Assembly (NCBI GenBank): GCA_964474455.1
Contig: CAYYSU010000002.1
Location: forward strand, 31,924-95,923
Length of the DNA stretch: 64,000 nucleotides
DNA from: an uncultured Bacteroidales bacterium
GTDB lineage: Bacteria > Bacteroidota > Bacteroidia > Bacteroidales > BM520
Direction of reading: 5' to 3'
Position 1 is the first letter of the stretch. Every line of letters starts with the position of its first letter. The notes beneath the pieces are model-generated. The model saw only the letters and a list, made by a program, of their open reading frames with translations, was not told the origin of the DNA and searched no databases. The translations under genes and the position numbers were made by a program. Below are positions 10,601-19,592 of the stretch, piece by piece.

Positions 10601-13600
10601 GAATGTGCTGGATAATGGTGGATTTAATAATTGTACTGCCGGCGCTGGCGACGGCGGCGCAATATCGTTCGATCTCCAGGGTGTTGTAGATGGAGATGTT
10701 GTTATTCTAAGATCAGGGTTTTTCGGCAACAGCAACCTTAATGCAGGAGGTAATGGTGGCGCATTATCTTTTAAAGGCATTGCAGATCTGTTTGGTGAAA
10801 TGAAGGTTCTGGATTCGGAATTTTCTAATATGAGGGCTACCGGGCATGGCGGCGCGATATCTTTTATTGCTGAAAACAGTGCTACAATAGACAGATTTAG
10901 TATTAAGAATAATCAGTTTACAGACTGCTCGGCTTTGGATGATAATAGTAATGGCGGAGCTGCATATTTCATGGCAGGGGTAGTTTCCGACACACTCTCT
11001 CTCCATAAAAATGTTGCTGCAAATTGTTCTGCCGGTAATAATGGCGGAGCTTTTGGTTTTGATATTTCCGATGTGGATTTTTTGTTTCTGGATGGAGATT
11101 CCGGAGAAATTACTTTTACGAACTGCTCCAGCATCAACGGCAGCGGAGGTGCAGTATATACTAATGTACATAATGGTGGATTGCGAGAGCTCTCTGTCAA
11201 GGAAATCTCTTTTTCCGGTTCTGATGCCGGAACTGATGGAGGAGGACTTTATGTTAAGACCTCCGGCAATATATCTAATCAAATAGAGATAATAAGCAAT
11301 ATGTTTTCTGAAATGACCTCAGGGAACAATGGTGGTGGTATTTGTATCGATGCAGAAACTTTTGGCCTTGCTCAGGGCGCCATTTTTGAGGATAATATAT
11401 TTTCTGTAATGGAGTCGTCCGAAGGTAATGGAGGGGCATTATTCATTCTCGCAAACACGATATCCGATGATTTGATTTTTGGTGACAACAGCTTCTCAGA
11501 GTGCGCTGCCGGTATTAGTGGCGGTGCTATTCATATAGAAGCCTCAGATATGGGAAGTATTGTTATTCATCCCACAGATGATGAGGTGTTATTCGAAAAC
11601 TGTCATGCCTCTGCTGGCAATGGCGGTGCTGTTAATCTTGAGCTTTCCGGCGGTGTTGATGACATAACACTCTCGTCAACGTATTTCTCTAATTGCTCTG
11701 CGGGGTCGAACGGTGGTGCTTTTTCTGTAAATGCTCACCAGAGCCTTCAGAATGTTCTGGATATTTCATCGAGTTCCTTCTCTTCATGCTCTGCAGGTCT
11801 TGATGGCGGATCTGTGTTTATTAACCTGAATGATGCAGGGATGCCTTCCGGAATGGATCTTTCTGGTAACAGCATCGTTCACTCTACAGCCACGAACTCC
11901 GAATCGGAAGGTGGAGCCATAGCAGTTTATGCCGGAGAGATTAAAAATGGTATCCTTGTACATGAAAACCTTTTTGAGGAGTGTATTGCAAATAAAAATG
12001 GTGGTGCGTTATCATTTATGATAGCATCAGTAGACACCATAAGTGTTGTGTCTCACACCTCTCCCAATGGTTTTATTAATTGTAGTGCTACAAATGGCAG
12101 TGGTGGTGCTTTGAATATTTCCTTACGTGGGGGCGGAGCAGGGTTGTTGAATGTTATGGATAATGATTTTGACGGTTGTAGTGCCGGAACAAACGGCGGA
12201 GCAATAATTATCGCTGACGGCTCTATTGCATCAATAGATATTACCAACACCTCATTCTCTGCCTGTCATGTGAATGGTGGCGATGGTGGCGCGATACATT
12301 TAACCGGAAATACTACTGATATCTCCTTGTGGGACAATGATTTTGTTTCTTGCTACGCTGCAAATGGCAATGGCGGTAGCTTGTATGTTGAGGGTTCTAT
12401 TTCTGGTAATACAAATATTGGCATGGATAATATTCAGTTCATGCAGGGAGATCAAAGGACGCTTTATGGTGGTGCTGCATATCTTAGTGGTATAGCAACC
12501 ACAGAAATCGAAGATTGTTCTTTTGGAGTACTTTCTGTTGGGAATTCCGGTGGTGCATTATTTCTGAATAATCATAATGACGTATCTGTTATTAACAGCT
12601 CTTTTTCTCGATGCCAGGCTGCTGAAGAAGGTGGTGCTATATGGCTTGAGAATAGTAATGCCGGCGCCATGACCATGGTTGGATCACATTTCGAGTTCAG
12701 TAAGACAGGAAATTCGGGAGGTGCAATATGGGTTAACGGCTTGAGTGACCTTATTATTAATGATAGTGAGTTGTTGCAAAATAGTGTATCAGCTCTAGGA
12801 AATGAATACTATGGCGGCGGGGCTATCTACGCCGGGAATACTATGATGTGTACTCTTTCAGAGAATAAAATTTATGATAATCATGCACAGAATGATAATT
12901 CGGTGATCTCGACCTTCGGTGGAGGAGCTTTCTTTGACAACTGTCAGGAGATAGTGTTCAATGATAATGATCTTCGCCTCAATGAAGCTGTTTTTGGTGG
13001 TGGTATTTATATAAGCCAAGATATTAAAACCTCTATTTATAATAATCTCTTCTCTTTGAATAAGGCAATTAATGGCGGAGGCCTTGCCATAAAGAGTACT
13101 CTCTCTTATATCGACTCACTCTCGGTGTATGATAATGAGTTCCTGAGAAATGTGGGTAGTTATCGTGGAGGAGGAGTCTTTGTTGAGAGAGATAAACCTG
13201 TTATTGTAAGAAATAAGTTCATTCGCAACACTGGTTACGGAAAAGGCTCTTCGATTTTCTTGTCCCGCGATGTGTCAAAAGCTGAGATTTTTAATTCTGT
13301 CTTTGACAGAAATGAGGATATGGAAAATAATTATAACAGCGCTACAGTATATCTGGATGCTGCTACGTCACGTTCATTTAATAATCATCGGTTAACTATT
13401 GAGAATTGTAGTTTCCTGAATAATTGGCCTTACGCCGCACATGCTGTTATGAATAAGAGTGAAAATGATACCATTCATATCATCAATTCGGTGTTTCAGG
13501 GTAATGTTTTGCAAAATGATTCTCTCTTTAATAATAGATCTGTAATTTCTGATTATTGCCGCCTTGAGGGCGATCTCTTTGATGTGCCACATACAAATAT

Positions 13601-15050
13601 GCTACCGGCATATTATCCTTATGAGCTGGAGAGTGAAAGCTATATGCTTAGTGATGACTCTTATTACATCGACCTGGGCAATCCTTCTGATGTATATCAC
13701 GACAACAGCCTTCCTCCCGGTCTGGGAGAGCTGGTAAATGATCCCGGACATACCGGCGGTCGATACAATAGTTTCTGTGATGACTGTCTTGAGAAACCGG
13801 GCGCCTGGATGTATAATGACTCCCTAGTGGTTGTAAGAACTGATTGTGATGCTTACAGGGTGTCGTTTTATCACTCTATGGCAACTGAATGTGATCACTT
13901 CCAATGGTTTATTGATGGAGAGACTTACATTACTGATGAAAACGTGCTGGAGTTTACTTACGCTGCGGAGAAAAATGTATTGCTTTTGGCCATCGCTTCA
14001 TCATCAACAGAGGCATGGACTATGAGTGGCCGTGCATGGATTTACAACCTTGAGATAGTACATGATGGACTGGAAATATCATATTCTCCTGACGGAACAA
14101 TGGTGTCAGGGAAATCTGCAGAGGTGGAAATAGAGATAGTATATGGTGAGGATTGCCTTGAAGAGATTGAACTGGAAGCTAAGCTACGGGATCTTGTGAT
14201 TCCTGACTTCGACTCATATACCTATGAATGGTCAATTGAAGCCGTAGAAGGGATATCCAATGCTGTAGTTACTGACCTGGATGAAGATGAGGCCACAATA
14301 ACTTTTAGTATTGACAAAGAATATTCCGTTGCTGATGATCTTTATGTTACATTATATTATTCCGGTATAGATGGCTGTGGACTTCAGTGTTCAGATGAGA
14401 TAATAATCAGGCTGATAACAACAGGATTTACACCTTTGGAGGTAGAGAGTATCACCCCTGTCGATGGCGAAGCCGTTGTCTTTGATCAATTCTTCCTGAT
14501 GGAAATTACAATGAACCAGGAATGTGGATATCTCAGCGATGGTGTTTACCATAATATACCCTTAGATCAGGATATTAAAGCTTTAGAACTGGTGGAATTT
14601 ATGGATGAATCAGGTGCTGTTGAGCTGGATTCTGTAAAAGCATATATCAACGACCGTAAATTACAAATACATGTATATCCTGACACCAGCTATATTACAT
14701 TTGATAAAACCTACTCTGTGGAAATGGCTGATAATATTATTACACAGTGTGGCTGGAGTGTGGAACCATTTGAGTATGAGTTTTCCACCGTAGAAACAGG
14801 AATAACAGATCTGCAATATGATGTTTCAGTACATCCCAATCCTGTAATTACTAATTTGGTGATTAGATCAGATAAGAATCTATCGGGAATCATAAGGGTG
14901 ATGAATATTTCAGGTAAAATAGTATCCCAATGCGATATTTTTAATAGTAAAGATATTATTATTGATATGTCAGCATTTCAAAAGGGTATTTACCTGCTTG
15001 AAATTATTGGTGATGAATGTCGTTTTATGAGAAAGATTATAAAAGAATAA
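7620..15050 (+). CDS. giant (~2,476 aa) secreted right-handed beta-helix protein with Pmp-type repeats and a type-A T9SS C-terminal sorting domain
   Basis: Single 7.4-kb ORF with signal peptide MKTPRNNLVITTLLAFLFLLLNLSAF. It carries dozens of GGA[ILFV] rungs with F-x-x-N/C motifs and an Ig-like region. The C-terminus is VHPNPVITNLVIRS...KGIYLLEI...RKIIKE. The track start at 7578 is TTG; ATGs at 7593 and 7620 are in frame, and 7620 places the signal peptide at the N-terminus. Confidence 0.85.
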   Translation: MKTPRNNLVITTLLAFLFLLLNLSAFCYDEVKYIVSPGVSGTWHPDTLYVVTVNIHIAEEDTLHILPGTQVEFEKDRRFEVSGVLLAEGTQNDRIVFSRIANSDNKWNGIRLMSAKGFSANWISKFKYCDFSHINANDGAALSVNNGVSDISDCSFSDIDSNGIVIQSGCPAESINFTNNTFSSVIGYPVNIYQNYSLSDITVKHNNFSDCHAGVIVNTTQITSFLFEDNQIINSQLDVSFLSITGNPFLNSVVIKYNDIQNVTSVDDVPYIVYIYENAQLDNFEFTNNEVVSSIRMLWLEGVNSATIEGNDFSQSQNIVFEHLYHISADNITISNEAINQMDLKELGASYSSLYSLVPANNVSIDGCFFNEIEANCFFVHPDLSFSEISILDNHVIDCNSVFNDGGVLRLESVDAITIERIRISDNTFSGVVSDNYGGTIYMALSGSSIGEFISEGNSYDSETDDSGGVIYMDCASVSVLKFIDDIIIKGEITDSNPDEGTGGFLSLQLEVAPDTILVKECDVTRAHAFSDGGFMFIDIEDSDSDFALLKLENIVYRDVQSDVGNGGFLSLYTSGGVGTVQISGVETEGAFERKGLSGGFVYMQTNRGPEVFDVTNSNLEQITASHLGGHIAILTEGDINTVIVDDCSFSSNPSSEITPLTGGALYFSANNVDVTTISNNTFNNLASIENGGMIFIAASEGFERQEYINNNFGSGNSGGMGGAIYLSATDNLPEKCLFAENDFSYIQSGGNGGAVYIALEDGDMEKGLLLSDNAFESCSAGQNGSGGSMFVECGTINDSLMVKNSSFADCEAYASGGALYFLADNIENIIVDGENSSGFNNCVALNGDGGALFLSSSAQGVQCAEFKNMTCNGNQASTNAHGMGGFVALNSNGNLMHALTLENLSVNGFSSEGSGGVFYLNFYNHSIIDIVDVNGCEFENCIATGDNANGGVVELIAGDILADITIYNNSFDGCTAGFNGGAMNIDAENIKGVNVLDNGGFNNCTAGAGDGGAISFDLQGVVDGDVVILRSGFFGNSNLNAGGNGGALSFKGIADLFGEMKVLDSEFSNMRATGHGGAISFIAENSATIDRFSIKNNQFTDCSALDDNSNGGAAYFMAGVVSDTLSLHKNVAANCSAGNNGGAFGFDISDVDFLFLDGDSGEITFTNCSSINGSGGAVYTNVHNGGLRELSVKEISFSGSDAGTDGGGLYVKTSGNISNQIEIISNMFSEMTSGNNGGGICIDAETFGLAQGAIFEDNIFSVMESSEGNGGALFILANTISDDLIFGDNSFSECAAGISGGAIHIEASDMGSIVIHPTDDEVLFENCHASAGNGGAVNLELSGGVDDITLSSTYFSNCSAGSNGGAFSVNAHQSLQNVLDISSSSFSSCSAGLDGGSVFINLNDAGMPSGMDLSGNSIVHSTATNSESEGGAIAVYAGEIKNGILVHENLFEECIANKNGGALSFMIASVDTISVVSHTSPNGFINCSATNGSGGALNISLRGGGAGLLNVMDNDFDGCSAGTNGGAIIIADGSIASIDITNTSFSACHVNGGDGGAIHLTGNTTDISLWDNDFVSCYAANGNGGSLYVEGSISGNTNIGMDNIQFMQGDQRTLYGGAAYLSGIATTEIEDCSFGVLSVGNSGGALFLNNHNDVSVINSSFSRCQAAEEGGAIWLENSNAGAMTMVGSHFEFSKTGNSGGAIWVNGLSDLIINDSELLQNSVSALGNEYYGGGAIYAGNTMMCTLSENKIYDNHAQNDNSVISTFGGGAFFDNCQEIVFNDNDLRLNEAVFGGGIYISQDIKTSIYNNLFSLNKAINGGGLAIKSTLSYIDSLSVYDNEFLRNVGSYRGGGVFVERDKPVIVRNKFIRNTGYGKGSSIFLSRDVSKAEIFNSVFDRNEDMENNYNSATVYLDAATSRSFNNHRLTIENCSFLNNWPYAAHAVMNKSENDTIHIINSVFQGNVLQNDSLFNNRSVISDYCRLEGDLFDVPHTNMLPAYYPYELESESYMLSDDSYYIDLGNPSDVYHDNSLPPGLGELVNDPGHTGGRYNSFCDDCLEKPGAWMYNDSLVVVRTDCDAYRVSFYHSMATECDHFQWFIDGETYITDENVLEFTYAAEKNVLLLAIASSSTEAWTMSGRAWIYNLEIVHDGLEISYSPDGTMVSGKSAEVEIEIVYGEDCLEEIELEAKLRDLVIPDFDSYTYEWSIEAVEGISNAVVTDLDEDEATITFSIDKEYSVADDLYVTLYYSGIDGCGLQCSDEIIIRLITTGFTPLEVESITPVDGEAVVFDQFFLMEITMNQECGYLSDGVYHNIPLDQDIKALELVEFMDESGAVELDSVKAYINDRKLQIHVYPDTSYITFDKTYSVEMADNIITQCGWSVEPFEYEFSTVETGITDLQYDVSVHPNPVITNLVIRSDKNLSGIIRVMNISGKIVSQCDIFNSKDIIIDMSAFQKGIYLLEIIGDECRFMRKIIKE
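8830..13190 (+). repeat. degenerate tandem coding repeats (beta-helix rungs) inside the giant gene
   Basis: By eye there are roughly 45-50 units from DGGVLRL (~8831) to RGGGVFV (~13163). Many fit F-x-[NDS]-C-x-A-x(2,5)-GGA-[ILFV]. The repeats are divergent at DNA level, with no long exact repeats seen. Confidence 0.8.
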
Positions 15051-15060
15051 ACTTAATATT

Positions 15061-16806
15061 ATGAGAAACAGTTGTCTGTTAATGTGTACAGTATTATTGC
15101 TACTGGGTGTTTCGGCGAGCGCACAATATTTGGTTGAATGGAAGCCGGATCCTAATACTGTATATGGTGATCCTCTGGAGATTAGTCCGCAAGGGCAGGA
15201 GTCCTTTGTAACTATCGGAGAGGATTTAAATATGGATGAGTTTAATGTTGAAGATGCAGCTTTTTGTATTAATAATGGTGCATGGCATCGGGCCTATGTA
15301 ATTCCTAATGGTGCGATAGGTAAATATCAGGCAGAACTTCGTGGAGAAGGATTCTTTGCATTAGAAGAGTTTAATCATGTGGAATTTAGAATTTGGGAAT
15401 ACAGCAACAACGGCTATTTTATCACCGGGGCTGATTATTTCTATGCAAAACCACAGCTGGCATTTCAATCTGTTCAAGGTGAGCCATACAACAACAGCAC
15501 CGCTCTGGTGATCGACGAGAATGAAACATTTACCATGATTCTGGATGCGTGGGCAAAAGAGTTTGGCACAAATAAAAATTGCCGTGCAGGAGATAAAAGA
15601 ATAAAGGCTCTTGAATACAGCCTTTTGCCGGATTTTTCAGACTCTGAAATTCAGCAGGCAGCGGCATCAGCCAACAGGGTTGAATTTGTTATATTAGATA
15701 TTTTCAACGTCTTCCAGATGGGTGTAGATATTAACTATGGTTTTAACACACTTTATTTTAGGGCTATAGGCGAGGGTGATGACTATTCGGAGACTCAGGA
15801 GTTGATGTTTTTTATTTTTGATTTTGAATATTCTCAAACCACATTTTGTAAGTATGATCATAACTATCCTCTCACAGGAAAACCGTTTGGTGGAGTCTTT
15901 TCCGGGGAGTGTGTCGTTGGTAATACCAACTCCTTTAACCCTTCTCTCGCAGGGAATAGTGCATCTACTTCTGTTACATACACATACACACTGAATGGCG
16001 AAACATTCCAGAAGACCAAAGACATTGACCTACTTAAGCTGCCTGACTTTATTATCCAAGGCCCGGCCCAGGTGTGTGGTTTTGAACACGGAGCTATTTA
16101 TAATGTTTCCGGAGATGATGATATCACAGCCACTTGGAGCGTTAATGAAGATGCCGTGATTAACCAGATCCCTATCTCATCAAAATCACTTTTTGTGGAT
16201 TGGGGTGAAATGGGAACCGGCTTTATTGATGCTGAGGTGACCAACTCTTATGGTTGTACCTTAGAAAAAAGAAAGATTGTGGATATCGGTGTGTTAAAAG
16301 CACCGGCAGATAGTGCATACGTTATCCTCAACGACCGCATGCTGGTGTGTTCCGATACTGATGTGTCATATTATTACTGGTATCGCGCTGGAAATGATGA
16401 GTTTCTGAATATGACAACAACCAACTACTACGCTCTGAATTTTCAGCCATCGCAAGCAGATAGCTTCTATGTCTTAACAGCATATAATACCCTGGGTTGT
16501 GTGACGCATTCACATTATAGCGAGCCGGAGCTGCACTCTAAAATGTCTTCAGCAGATTATTATCTTGCGCTTAATCCCAACCCGACTAAAGGAAAGGTGA
16601 GTATCTTTATTCCTGAATCTCATAATAATCTTGAGTTGATAGTTAAGGGTGCTGATGGTACTGTTTTTAGGTCATACGAAATAACGGGCTCCACGCATGG
16701 CTATTATCGTTCATTTAATCTTGAATCTCTTGAAAATGGTATTTACTTCATTATTATCAAAGGCGATAGTATTTATAAATTCAGAAAAGTAATCATTGCA
16801 AAATAA
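15061..16806 (+). CDS. secreted protein of unknown function with type-A T9SS C-terminal sorting domain
   Basis: Signal peptide MRNSCLLMCTVLLLLGVSASAQ; Ig/PKD-like module (CGFEHGAIYNV...WSV...VDWGEMGTGFIDAEVTNSYGC); C-terminus LNPNPTKGKVSIF...NGIYFIIIKG...RKVIIAK. Lies 10 nt after the giant gene. Confidence 0.75.
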   Translation: MRNSCLLMCTVLLLLGVSASAQYLVEWKPDPNTVYGDPLEISPQGQESFVTIGEDLNMDEFNVEDAAFCINNGAWHRAYVIPNGAIGKYQAELRGEGFFALEEFNHVEFRIWEYSNNGYFITGADYFYAKPQLAFQSVQGEPYNNSTALVIDENETFTMILDAWAKEFGTNKNCRAGDKRIKALEYSLLPDFSDSEIQQAAASANRVEFVILDIFNVFQMGVDINYGFNTLYFRAIGEGDDYSETQELMFFIFDFEYSQTTFCKYDHNYPLTGKPFGGVFSGECVVGNTNSFNPSLAGNSASTSVTYTYTLNGETFQKTKDIDLLKLPDFIIQGPAQVCGFEHGAIYNVSGDDDITATWSVNEDAVINQIPISSKSLFVDWGEMGTGFIDAEVTNSYGCTLEKRKIVDIGVLKAPADSAYVILNDRMLVCSDTDVSYYYWYRAGNDEFLNMTTTNYYALNFQPSQADSFYVLTAYNTLGCVTHSHYSEPELHSKMSSADYYLALNPNPTKGKVSIFIPESHNNLELIVKGADGTVFRSYEITGSTHGYYRSFNLESLENGIYFIIIKGDSIYKFRKVIIAK

Positions 16807-16812
16807 ACAGAT

Positions 16813-18396
16813 ATGAAATCATTATTACAATCAACACTATTTGTGCTTTTCATACTTCTGTTTAGTGGCACCGCTGCCTTTGCACAGAAGATGACTCCTA
16901 AAACACAGCGTAGAGCCAAAGCGGCCACCCAACAAACGTTGTTGAAGTTTAAAGACGATCTTAACAGGATCTATAAGGAGGATGACAACGGTTATCCCCG
17001 GCAGAACCTGAAGTTTGTTGAAAAATCGAAATCATATTTTTATAACAGCACGTCTGCCACGGCGACTCATATCCACAGAAGCATGATAGATACTAAAGAT
17101 ACCCTTCTGCGTGATGTGCCGGAAATGATGAATATCAATGCCTTTACGGATACTCTTGTGAGTTGGTATTGTAATCCGGATAGTTGTGAGATGGGTGTGA
17201 TATTTGATTTTACTGATATCTCCATTGATACACTGGATTACTATATGGATCCGGAGATTATTGCCATTAACCTCTTCTTCGATGTTGACCTTTATGCAGA
17301 ACTCTATGCGCCACATATGGAAAAATATATGCGCAAAGAGGAATCGGAAGAGGAAGAGCTGAAGGAAGAATCGATTTTTTTTGTGGAAGATTATGATGAT
17401 GACTGGCAGACACAAACTCCTGATGCTGCCATGGCTACATTTATAATAACCCTTGATGGCGACAAGTTTACTTCTGTAAAGATTTATAAAATTTTTAAGT
17501 ATGATCCGTTTGAAAGCAGCTTGCCAAACCTGCGGGATATTATAAAACCTATTATCGCATCGCGTAATAAGATGTATCTCACGGCAACAAGTGGTATTGG
17601 CTACAGCCGTGCTAAGGCAACCTTTGATAATAATAATGCCTTTGAATCCATAAGTGATTTTAGGCCCGGGTTTAACTTTGACATTAGTTTTGACTATTTC
17701 TTTAACGACGGACCAAGGAAGTTTACATACGGTTATTCTGCAGGCCTGGGATACTCGCAATATAATGCCTCTGTATCCATAAAATCATTTGCGCAATCGT
17801 TTTTTGCTCACTCTGATGAATTGAATAAGGATTTTACAAAACATTTATCAGCCAATGATATTGGTCAGGAACTATCGTTGAATTATATCGATATTCCTGT
17901 CTCTTTTAAAGTAAAATATAAACCCAGAAACTATATCAACTTTTATGGTGATCTGGGCCTGGCATTCTCATATTTATTTGATCCTTCGCTAACTCCTGCC
18001 GGAGATGGTGATATTACATACACAGGTACTTTCGAGTACGACTTTCCAAATGGCAACGCTCAGGTTGTTACGTATGAAAATGTACCATATTATGGTTTTA
18101 CTACTTTTAACGATCTGGAATATTCTGATGAAGATCCCGGCTTCAACTCCATAAATGTTTCGGCATTGGTGAATGCCGGGGCAATGTTTTGGATCACACC
18201 GAAGCTCTCTGTTAATGTAGAGGCAATGTATCGTTACGGATTCCTGAATTTGGTTGACAAGCTGGAGGATGAGCAATTTGTGCTCTCCTATGGAGAAGGC
18301 AGGGTGAATAATATTTTTAGAAATTGTTCTTCACTACACACTAATTCTATTTCAATTAATGCCGGAATTTCATATTTCCTGAGATCTAATAAATAA
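16813..18396 (+). CDS. outer-membrane beta-barrel protein with ~230-aa N-terminal globular/acidic region
   Basis: Signal peptide ending AAFAQ and an acidic stretch KEESEEEELKEE. The C-terminal ~280 aa show amphipathic beta-strand patterns (GIGYSRAKATF, FTYGYSAGLGYSQY, FYGDLGLAFSYLF, LSVNVEAMYRYGF, ISINAGISYF). Confidence 0.6.
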   Translation: MKSLLQSTLFVLFILLFSGTAAFAQKMTPKTQRRAKAATQQTLLKFKDDLNRIYKEDDNGYPRQNLKFVEKSKSYFYNSTSATATHIHRSMIDTKDTLLRDVPEMMNINAFTDTLVSWYCNPDSCEMGVIFDFTDISIDTLDYYMDPEIIAINLFFDVDLYAELYAPHMEKYMRKEESEEEELKEESIFFVEDYDDDWQTQTPDAAMATFIITLDGDKFTSVKIYKIFKYDPFESSLPNLRDIIKPIIASRNKMYLTATSGIGYSRAKATFDNNNAFESISDFRPGFNFDISFDYFFNDGPRKFTYGYSAGLGYSQYNASVSIKSFAQSFFAHSDELNKDFTKHLSANDIGQELSLNYIDIPVSFKVKYKPRNYINFYGDLGLAFSYLFDPSLTPAGDGDITYTGTFEYDFPNGNAQVVTYENVPYYGFTTFNDLEYSDEDPGFNSINVSALVNAGAMFWITPKLSVNVEAMYRYGFLNLVDKLEDEQFVLSYGEGRVNNIFRNCSSLHTNSISINAGISYFLRSNK

Positions 18397-18413
18397 CCAG
18401 AAAAATCATAACA

Positions 18414-19586
18414 ATGAAAAAATATACAACACTGATATTTTTAGTATCCCTCTGGCTTCCGGGATTGACACAAGACCTGGCGTTTCTTTCGCAGCCACAG
18501 GATGGAGTGACTTGCATGAATAGCAGCCATTATTTCTTTGTTGAAACAGATACTGCAGGATTTGGCGGCTCTGAGATGGTGTACCTTTGGTTTGAAAATT
18601 TCGGTGCAGGATGGCAGCAGGTAATAAGCGATGCTAATCATTATCCTGAGGGTGCGATGCTTAAACTGGTTAATATTCCTGAAGGGTTTCAAGGTAACAG
18701 CTATTTCTGTGAAGTACAAATTGGTGAGCACTCTTTCACCAGCGAAACTGTGATATTATCGGTTAATGTGGCGCCGCCGGTGAATTTCGATGCTGAGAAT
18801 TTTTGCTTTGGGGATGTTACAACCTTTACCAACACCACAGAGGAATCCGAAACATTTGAATCATGGCACTGGAAATTCAACGACCTGACTAACCCTGACT
18901 CAGTATTAACCAGCGATGCTGCACATATCTTTAGCGCTCCCGGACGATATAATGTAATGCTCTCCGGTATAGACATTAACGGATGTTACTCTAATGTTTC
19001 CAAAGAAATTAAGATAAACAGAACTCCTGAGCCGGTTATTTCAGGACCGGATATAGCATGTTCGTTCCAGCAAAATGTAAAATTTAATTGTAACGATGAT
19101 TTTGCCGCCTATCAGTGGTCTGTATTAGGTGATGAAGGCTATATGACTGTTGTGGAAGAATCAGCTGTGACAAGTATTGTTACCATCGATTGTAAGCAGG
19201 CTTTTGTGCCTCTTCAGTTCGATATTGCCTTGAATGTTATTGATGAGAATAGTTGTCAGGCAAGTGTAAGCAAAGAGTTTCTGATGTTAAAGTATAAATC
19301 TCCTGAAAAGGGTGATCTGATTCAAAAGCCCAATAACAGTAAAATGTTGGTCTGCCTTCTGGAAGATTCAGCGGATAAAGTTTTTAACTGGTTTATTGTG
19401 GAAAAAGGAACAACAAATATCGTCGAGACATTTACAACAACAGATAATTTCATTGTTCTCGATGATGCCATAGACACCGCGACTTTTGAATATGGCGTCG
19501 AGGTTATAGATCCCACAGAAAATAATTGTTCATCATCATTTTATCTCAACGATGATAATAGCAATGATGTTAATCAAAATAAATAG
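18414..19586 (+). CDS. secreted Ig-like/PKD-domain protein
   Basis: Signal peptide MKKYTTLIFLVSLWLPGLTQ and a PKD-type module FCFGDVTTFTN...WHWKFND...HIFSAPGRYNVMLSGIDINGC. No T9SS CTD is recognisable. Confidence 0.65.
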   Translation: MKKYTTLIFLVSLWLPGLTQDLAFLSQPQDGVTCMNSSHYFFVETDTAGFGGSEMVYLWFENFGAGWQQVISDANHYPEGAMLKLVNIPEGFQGNSYFCEVQIGEHSFTSETVILSVNVAPPVNFDAENFCFGDVTTFTNTTEESETFESWHWKFNDLTNPDSVLTSDAAHIFSAPGRYNVMLSGIDINGCYSNVSKEIKINRTPEPVISGPDIACSFQQNVKFNCNDDFAAYQWSVLGDEGYMTVVEESAVTSIVTIDCKQAFVPLQFDIALNVIDENSCQASVSKEFLMLKYKSPEKGDLIQKPNNSKMLVCLLEDSADKVFNWFIVEKGTTNIVETFTTTDNFIVLDDAIDTATFEYGVEVIDPTENNCSSSFYLNDDNSNDVNQNK

Positions 19587-19592
19587 AACGGC

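Noticed and set aside
9229-12250. Several antisense ORFs inside the giant gene (e.g. 9299-9754, 10520-10780, 10764-11282, 10913-11200, 12053-12250)
   Set aside because: They are mirror frames of GGN/GCN-rich repeat codons, giving Pro/Ala/Ser-rich translations. They have no start context or signal and lie wholly within a strongly supported 7.4-kb sense ORF.
17032-17760. 242-aa antisense ORF inside the 527-aa OM protein gene
   Set aside because: Its composition is low-complexity and Ile/Lys/Arg-rich with no recognisable motif. The sense frame has a signal peptide, barrel periodicity and tight operon spacing.
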